From contig NW_013657630.1 in NCBI RefSeq assembly GCF_000142905.1, positions 16,832 to 80,831 of the forward strand: a stretch of DNA of 64,000 bases, given 5' to 3'. Made by a program: the position numbers and the translations under genes. Position 1 is the stretch's first letter. Each line of letters starts with the position of its first letter. Source of the DNA: Thecamonas trahens ATCC 50062. Taxonomy: Eukaryota; Protista; Apusomonadida. Below are positions 56,755 through 64,000 of this stretch, piece by piece. The notes below the pieces were generated by a model. That model saw only the letters and a program-made list of their open reading frames with translations, did not search any database and had not been told where the DNA came from.

Positions 56755-57897
56755 TCCGGCCAACTCCCTCCAGCCGTCACGCCAAGTGTTGCCCACCACA
56801 ACCTGTCCCTCGCCCACAACCACCGCTGCAGTCTCACCGGTGCCCGATGACAGCGGCCTGGCTCGGGCCAGGCGGCCACCAGCACGGCATCTCGGCCCAG
56901 CCCGACTGCCACGACTCGCCATCGGACAAGCACAAAAGTGGTACTCTCGGTTGCCAGACGAGCGGTCGCTCCGCTGGCTCGAGAGCTTGAGACTTCCTCG
57001 CATTTGCTGTGCTGATCATCTTTGCCACCACATCGTGCCGATTGGCACGGCGATCCGCGTGTACGTGAGCGCCGTTCGATGGCTCGCGTACACACGATAT
57101 CAAGGTAAGAATTGGGCGCCCGGAGGGCGGCCGTCGTCGTCGTCGTCGTCGCGCGTCGTCATCAGAAAGGGCCGGCGGATGGGTTCCCGCTCCGTGGGAG
57201 CCGACTGTGTCGACGCCATCGGAGCTGTTAGCATAGTAGGATGTCAGCCACTTCGCATCGCTCAGCCGGCCGCGAGTGTTAGCCACTCGTAGCAGTTGCG
57301 GCAACATCGCCCTCTCAGCTACCCTCTCGACTGCTTCTCGATCGCCACTTCGCCTTCATCGCTATCGATTGTCAGCCACGGCCGTGACGACGGCAGCCGT
57401 GGGCGGAAGCCAAGGCATGACAGGTCAACTGTGCTCGGTTCGAGTCCAGCTCTGCTTGAGCCCAGCTGTTGGCCTCTGGTGACTTTGCGACATGCCGATG
57501 AAGAACGTAGTCACGCCGGGTTGAGCATGCACCCACCGATGGTGAGCCGAGTGGAGGACCGGTAAGAGATTGCGGACGGTGAAAAAGAATTGTCACGTCA
57601 CCCAAGCCACATGACTGCCGCCTTCCCAGCCTCCACACAGCCCTCATTCGTGCCAACCCAATCTATTGCTCGTCCACACCCTCTCACCCTCTCCCCACAC
57701 ACCCTTTCACCCGGACCGTGTGTCATCTCCGCCCCAGTCACTTGTTACCTTTTCGTTCCACTTGTTGTACTTTTTTCCGCTCCATGTGAAACAGAATTAT
57801 CATACTGCTGCGAGTCTCAACTACTGCTCTTCCTCCGCGCCACAGGCGGTGGACACTCTTCTCACTCAAAGCCGCGAGACACGGCGTAGTATCAGCT

Positions 57898-60848
57898 ATG
57901 AAGTTGCTCTGGAGTGCCACAGTGCTGGTTGTGTGCTTGGTTGCAGGACACGCTGCCGGTACGGCCTCTGAATATGCCTCGACCTGGCCACTCGACTCGC
58001 CGCCTTTTCCAACTGTCACTCGCATCTCGCGGGAGCATCCCAACATTCTTGCGCTGCACGGGGCAGCCGGTCGTGTCCTGACGGGCGCGACGCTCGACTA
58101 CGTGTACAACGGCAACGACTTGCTTGTGCAGACGAACGGCCAGCTTTTTCAGTACATCGTGGCCACGCCTGGCGATCCAGGCGGCGTCGAGCCCGGCATC
58201 ATCAAGGGCTACCTCGACGACGGCGCTGACTGCACTGGCACCTTTCCCAACCGCAACCTCTCGCGCTGCGATGGGGCGTCACTTGTGCGTGCCGTATGCT
58301 CGGCCCGGACACGCTTCTCGGCGAGCTGCTCGACTCAGTCTGGGCCAACACGCCCTCTATCTACGCTGTCTCATCACCCACCGATCCCGACTTTGCCATC
58401 CCGCTCGTCCCAGATCTTGTCGCCGCCAAGGCCATGCCGCTGCAGCAAGCCATGATCACCAAGCCGCTACAGTACTACCCGACCAATACTGGCTCGCAGC
58501 AGTTCACCGTGTACCTCTACTTTGCGTCAGCGTACCTCAAAGATGGCCACGCCTACAACGTCTCGGTGGCAACGCCGCCATCGTGCACCGGTTGCTTCAA
58601 CGCAACCACAGGCTCGGTCCTCGACGTTGTGCTGAGCCCGCACACACTCTCGGACGCCATCCACGTCAACATGGTCGGCTTTCTCCCAGAGTCGTCCGCC
58701 GCCCGCGCCCTCATCTCGGTCTGGGCCAACACGCCGGTCGACTTTAGCCAGTTCGTGCCGAGCGGCTCCTGGTTTCCGGGCTCGGGCGTGCCGCTGATGG
58801 ACTTTACCGTTGTTGACGACGCCACCGGTGCCGTCGTCTACGGCCCGGCCAACATCACTCTCGTCCAGGATCCGAGCGCGATCGAGGACTTCCAAGGCGG
58901 GCAGCGAGGGCGGACCCAGTCCAAGACGTACATCTTCGAGGCTGCGTTTCCAGGCTTTGTCGGCGCGCCGGCGCCGGCCAAGTTCCGTGTCGTCGTTGCG
59001 CACGTCGGCTCCTCGCAGCCGTTCGAGGTGCGGCACGGGGTCTACAACCGTGCTGTCGAGCTCGTCGGATCCGCGCTCTACTACCACCGCTCAGGCGTGC
59101 CGCTCGATCCCGCCTACGCAACCTACGCCCGCGGCGCTCCGCAGGTGCCTACACCGGCCAACCCGTACCTCTACTCGCTCCCGATCATGTACACCGGCTC
59201 GACTGGGCTCGGCGAGTACGCCGAGGCATTTTCGACCATCACACGCGAGGCGATTCCGGGCTCCGAGTGCCTCGCCAAGGGCGGGTCCATGGACGCCGGT
59301 GACTGGGACCGGCGCATTACACACGTAGCGCTCACGCAGGCGCTCTGTGACCTCTTTGATCTCGACGCCGAGTTCTTCGCCGGCATCCAGCTCTCGCAGC
59401 CACCGTCGTCGCTCAACCTGCCGCCGCTTCTCGAGGCCGCCTGGCGGAACATCGACATGTACATCGAGTACATGGCGCCCGACGGCGGAGTCATCGGCGG
59501 CATCGAGTTTGAGGAGCATCCGGTCATCGGTGAAGTCTCGACAGACACCTCGCTCAAGGTCTACTGCCACTCGCCGGACCCGTGGGCGTCGTACCTGGCG
59601 GCATCGGGCGCCGCGCGCCTCGCCCGCGTCTCGGCCCAGTACAACGCCGCCTTTGCCGCCGACCTCGAGGCCAAGGCCGAGCTTGCGTTCTCATACGGAG
59701 AAGCGCACCTTCACGATCCGCTCGAGGCCAAGTACATGCCGCTCGGCAACGAGTCGGATCCCAACTGGCCCAACTTTAAGTACTTTCTGCCCAAGGTTCT
59801 GCGCGATGCCCGCAACACCGCCGCCGCCGATCTCTTCCGGCTCACCGGCAAGACCGAGTACGAGACCGTCTTTGAGGCGACGTCGGTCTTTACCATCCCC
59901 GGCCGCGAGGTCAGCTTCTTCAACAACACCTACTCGGACTACGAGTGGCGGCAAGAGGAGGGCGCGTGGGTTTACGCGTCGACGCCCGGCGCGACCAACA
60001 TCGCGCTTCAAGCCGAGTGCTCGGCGGCTGTGAGGCGGACGGCCGACGACCTCATCGCCAACATGAACAACCGCGGTCTCGCCATTGCGCGGTCGTACTT
60101 TTGGCCGGCAGTCGACCTTGTCACCGTCCGCCAGGAGATTCCTCGTGCGCTGTTTCTCATGCCGAACTCGACCATTTATCGTGATGCCGTCGAGCGCTCG
60201 CTTGGCTTTGGCCTCGGCGCCAACCCTCGCAACGAGGCGTTCATCACCGGTATCTGTGGGCCCAAGGAGCGGCTCGGCTACGATCGCGGAAGCTGCGTCG
60301 AACAGATTGTTCATGTCGACACCTCGTTCCGCGGCCTCCGCTCGCCGCCGGGTATCCCTGTCCTCGGCCCCCTCGACGGTAACGGCATCTATGGCCCGAC
60401 CGTAGCCCCAGTCATCGGCTCGCTCTTCTACCCGGCTATGGCCACCTTTCCCCCTGCCGAGTGCTTTGCCGGCTTTCACCTCGGCACCTCGCCGATGACC
60501 GAGTACACCATCCACGAGACCTTTGCGCCAATGCTCCTGCAGCTCGGCACGCTCGCGATGCTGGGAAAGGAGCCGTCGCCGCCACCACCGCCCCCATCGC
60601 CGTCGCCGCCGCCGCCGCCCGCATCGGCCAGCCCGCCCCCGCCGCCAGGCGCCGCCTCTGCAGGCCAGATCGGCGGCTCATCGCCGAGCTCGAGTGACTC
60701 ACTCAATCTGGTTGTGGGCGGTGCTGTTGTCGGCGTGGCGGCCGTTGCGTTTATTGCGGTCGTTGCGCTCTTTATCCGCTCACGCCGCAACAAGCGCGCG
60801 TCTGCGTCAGGTGGCGCCTCTCACGCGATCTCGCTCGCCGACATGTAA
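57898..60848 (+). CDS. Glycoside hydrolase family 9 (endoglucanase-like) with signal peptide, Ig-like CelD-N region, Pro linker and C-terminal TM anchor
   Basis: MKLLWSATVLVVCLVAGHAAG signal; YYHRSG, GGSMDAGDWD (catalytic Asp pair), DGGVIGGIE, LGANP..AFITG, TEYTIHE (catalytic Glu); TM VVGGAVVGVAAVAFIAVVALFI. The two ORFs join after +1 G at 58273-58276. No introns are needed. Confidence 0.88.
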
Positions 60849-60859
60849 CAACAGATAAA

Positions 60860-61653
60860 CCTGGACGGTACTTCAAGTGAACAACTCGATGATGCTTGAC
60901 TTCTCGGTTGGGAGGCGCGCCCGCACGTGATGGCGGCCGACACGTAGACGCCCGCCTGAAGGATGCCCGAGATGACGTCGCAGTGACGGACGCCTGGGAG
61001 CATTGGCGAGGCGCGCAAGGTGCCGTACGGCGCCGATCCGGAAGCGGCTGCGGGCGCGGACGGTGCGGACGGTGCGGAGCTTGTCGTTGACGACCCCGAC
61101 GACCGGGAAGGAGAGCATGACAGAGTTGAACACAGCGGCCAGACGGGAGTGCGCGAGGACGTTGTGGATCTTCTTGCGACGGACGAGCTTGCCGGTCGGC
61201 GTAGCCGCGCAAGTGGCGGCGCGCCATCCTGTACTGGATTCTGGACGCCGCGTACGCGCTCTACGCTGATGCGAGCCCATGCCCCGCCATGACTCGCGTG
61301 GCATTTCCCTACGACATCATCGACGCCCTCGCCGCCAGCACCAACGCCGTCAGCTCCGCGCCGTCGCACAAGCGGAAGCGTCCCTCTGCAGCCGTTGCTC
61401 GTCATCACCACTTTCCCCAGCGAGCCGCCGCGCGACGCGACTGCCTCGCCTGCCGGAAGCTTCATGGTGAGCGATCGCGGCCGCGGATCTTTTGTGCCGC
61501 GCGTGTGGCGTCCATCTCTGCATCGCCGACTGTTTTCTGTTGTGGTCCACCAGTGGCCACAGCAGCCATTAACACATTGTACCACTCTGACACCGCGATC
61601 GATGGACGTTGCGCGATGGACAAATTCGTCCATTCCGTACCGTAAAGGGATAA
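60860..61653 (+). mobile_element. Decayed piggyBac-like DNA transposon, 3' part of the transposase plus the right end
   Basis: Across two 2-nt frameshifts: RRSRKWRRAILYWILDAAYALY...MTRVAF.YDIIDAL...HHFPQ....RRDCLACRK....RSRPRIFCAACGVHLCIADCFLLW (piggyBac C-terminal Cys-rich domain), stop at 61572. Subterminal palindrome ATGGAC-AAATTC-GTCCAT at 61616-61633, and terminus AAAGGG|ATAA (about GGG|TTAA) at 61644-61653. The 5' boundary is uncertain. Confidence 0.75.
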
Positions 61654-61660
61654 ACGAAGA

Positions 61661-63754
61661 CTAGCAGCTTGCCGCGCTCTCGTCGGCGGACTCGTACTCG
61701 TACTCATACTCGTACTCGTACTCGTAATCATAGTCGGCAGACGCTGACGATGATGACGACGACGACGACGATGACGACGACGACGTTGCGTCGTTAATCT
61801 CTTCGGCGATGGCAGCCAACGCGCCCGAGATGACAGGCTTGGTAGCGGCCATACCTGCCAGGTCTGAGGCAAGGTGAGGGACGACAGTGCGCAAGCGCTT
61901 GCGATTGGCGAGCGCGGTGCGGAGCTTGAGGACGGCCGATGCGCGGTGCTTGAGATTGGCAAGGAACGACGACCATGCAACCTTGCGTTGCTCGCGCTCA
62001 ACAGCCGCAACCTCGACGGCGGCCTTGGCGCGGCAGAGGGCATCCAGTTCGAGGAGGACCTGCATGCGAACGACCGCAATTTGGTGGTCCTTTTCGGCGT
62101 CGGCGCGCGCACGGGCGCGGCGGCGAGCAGCCTCGGCCTCGACAGCGGCACGCTGGCGGGCGCGCTCTTCAGCAGCCTCGACAAAGCGGGCCTGCCGCTC
62201 GCGGATGCGGGCGGCGGCGGCTTCGCGCAGCTGACGCATGGCGGCATCGGCGGCGGCTTCCTGGGCCTGATGCTTGCGCCTTGTCTCACGCGCCTGCTTC
62301 AAGACTCGATGGGACTCGCGAGCCTCGTCCGAGGTGGTGTACAGCTCGAGCATGTCTGTCAGCGTTCCAGTGCGGTTAAGATTGCGACCGGAAGGGCCAG
62401 GGCCGATACTCACGATGTGGGTCGACGACTTGAGCATAGGCAGCGAAGATGAGGAGGAGGAGGAGGAGGAGGATGACGACGGTGAGTGTGGCGCTCGGAC
62501 TCGGCGAGTCTTGGTTCCAGTCCGAACTCGCCGGGCGCGACGGGCGGAGAGACGCGGGCCCGAGTCTGCAGCGCGGGCGCGAAGCCTTGCTTCGGCGTCA
62601 GCTGACGACGAGGCCAAGCCATCCGAGGCGAGACGGCGGTGGCGGCGATTGGGTACGCCTGGCGACGGCGGGCATTCCGAGGAAGCAAGTGGCTCTTCGG
62701 CCGGAGCCAGCCGCGGCTTGGCGGTCCGTGTGGCCAGCCGCGCAGCTTTGGCCGCCATCCGCCGGCGGTGACGCATGGCGAGACGCGCAAACGGATCGGC
62801 GCGCAGTGCTTCGCGGAGCTTTTCCTCTGCAGCAGCGTCGTCAGCTGCTTTTCGCGTGGCAGCTGCCTGGGCCATGACAGCAGCGCGCGCAGCGAGAGCG
62901 GCCTGGCGGGCGACCTCATCCGCGCCGGACAGGATTGAGTGCTTGCGGCGCTCGTAGGCAGCTCTTCGCTCCCGAATGAGGCGGGCCTTGTCAGCAGGCG
63001 TCATCGCCGCCGTCGGCATGGAAGCCGCTGGCGGTGGTGTCTTGGCCGGCGGCGGCGGCAGTGACGATGACGACGACGATGAGAGCGACCGCACAATCAG
63101 TAGCGGATGTGGTGGCGAGGATGACGATGACGACGAAGTCGAAAGCGACCGGTAGCGGCGGCCGGCAACGCCCCGACGCCGCGGCTGGTGGTGCGGCTGA
63201 CGCGCAGTTGGCGGCTGCGGAGTTCGGGAAGGTGGCAGCTCTGGCTGCGGACCAAGCAGTTCGTGGGCGTTCTTCTTGCTCCGCTTCCGAGACGTGCGGC
63301 TCTGTGACTTGAGCTTGGGCTTGGGCCTCGGCTTGGGCTTGGGCTTGTTCCTCTTCCGCCGCCTCCTTCCCGTCGTCCGTACTGGTCTTCTCCTCGCAGG
63401 CTCTGCTCTTGTAGCACGGAGTTTTGCCGTCCTTGGGCCCACAGCAGTACAGTCTGCTGCGGACGGTGGATGTGGGTGATGGCAGGGCGGATGCGGACGA
63501 TGACGGGGCGGATGCGGGCGGCGATGATGATCTGCAGCAGCAATCGAAGAAGGGGTGGTTGAGACAGTGGCAGCGGCGGAAGCGGAAGCGGAAGCGGAAG
63601 CGGAAGCGGCAGCGGACGCGGAAGCGGCAGCGAGAGCGGAAGCGGTGACGGCAGCGACCGAGGCAGACGCGGCCATATGACGATCCAGTTGGTCCAGAGC
63701 ACGTTCAAGGTACTCATCGGCGCGGATGTGCTTCAGCGAGAGCAGGGCGAGCAT
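61661..63754 (-). CDS. Hypothetical low-complexity/coiled-coil protein; possibly has an upstream exon
   Basis: 697-aa ORF with Arg/Ala/Glu helical segments; a candidate CAG acceptor lies just upstream of the ATG. Confidence 0.6.
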   Translation of the reverse strand: MLALLSLKHIRADEYLERALDQLDRHMAASASVAAVTASALAAASASAAASASASASASAAATVSTTPSSIAAADHHRRPHPPRHRPHPPCHHPHPPSAADCTAVGPRTAKLRATRAEPARRRPVRTTGRRRRKRNKPKPKPRPKPKLKSQSRTSRKRSKKNAHELLGPQPELPPSRTPQPPTARQPHHQPRRRGVAGRRYRSLSTSSSSSSSPPHPLLIVRSLSSSSSSSLPPPPAKTPPPAASMPTAAMTPADKARLIRERRAAYERRKHSILSGADEVARQAALAARAAVMAQAAATRKAADDAAAEEKLREALRADPFARLAMRHRRRMAAKAARLATRTAKPRLAPAEEPLASSECPPSPGVPNRRHRRLASDGLASSSADAEARLRARAADSGPRLSARRARRVRTGTKTRRVRAPHSPSSSSSSSSSSSSLPMLKSSTHIVSIGPGPSGRNLNRTGTLTDMLELYTTSDEARESHRVLKQARETRRKHQAQEAAADAAMRQLREAAAARIRERQARFVEAAEERARQRAAVEAEAARRRARARADAEKDHQIAVVRMQVLLELDALCRAKAAVEVAAVEREQRKVAWSSFLANLKHRASAVLKLRTALANRKRLRTVVPHLASDLAGMAATKPVISGALAAIAEEINDATSSSSSSSSSSSSSASADYDYEYEYEYEYEYESADESAASC

Positions 63755-64000
63755 CCATGGATCCTGTGTAGAGGGCGGGATGTGGCGATGTGGCCATGAT
63801 CCTGGTCATGATCATGGTGGTGGTCATGGTCATGGCCATGGAGGTGGTGGTGGTGGTGGTCATGGTCATGGCCATGGTGGCGGTGGGGGGAACAAGGGCC
63901 GGTGCTGAGGACCAGACGTGGTGTAGGGGCTGGCCAGAGACCCTCAGATCCGACGAGGGTATTAATCGGGGTAGGCCTGTGCATGGCCCACCCACTGTGG

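Noticed and set aside
57496-57510. CGATGAAGAACGTAG, matching a conserved 5.8S rRNA motif
   Set aside because: The flanks show no 5.8S similarity (no GAATTGCAGAA motif) and there is no 18S or 28S nearby; treated as a chance match.
57702-57725. CCCTTTCACCCGGA as the left TIR of the piggyBac
   Set aside because: Only the first 6 bp match the right end, and neither a TTAA nor the subterminal palindrome is present.
60821-61633. Minus-strand ORFs of 270 and 143 aa as genes
   Set aside because: No recognisable domain; the + strand piggyBac relic explains the region better.

Overview
GC-rich, gene-dense, intron-poor nuclear DNA from a unicellular eukaryote. A talin gene, a bacterial-type RF2 and GTACG splice donors fit an apusomonad such as Thecamonas trahens, but that assignment is inference. 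About 26 protein-coding genes can be reconstructed: talin (partial), a membrane-anchored pyrophosphatase/PAP-phosphatase fusion, two RasGEFs, KBP, a bZIP factor, GCNA, PP2C, USB1, INCENP, RF2, PAK1IP1/Mak11, a solute-binding receptor pseudokinase-cyclase-pseudokinase, a secreted GT41, COA4, a MABP-USP deubiquitinase, proteasome beta-6 and a membrane-anchored GH9 glucanase, plus several hypotheticals. Many genes are split in the ORF track by 5'-proximal introns, single-base homopolymer frameshifts or 40-43 bp tandem duplications; the frameshifts and duplications are probably assembly errors. There are four N-gaps. Top observations: (1) a eukaryote-style disordered protein ending in a bacterial DnaA domain-IV-like HTH; (2) a type II membrane PPase-gPAPP fusion; (3) a decayed piggyBac 3' end with a TIR-like terminus abutting the bacterial-type GH9 gene; (4) a receptor whose three intracellular enzyme domains all look catalytically dead; (5) an unexplained helical repeat array inside INCENP. 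No tRNA, rRNA or CRISPR array was found. Family calls come from motif recognition by eye, not from database searches.
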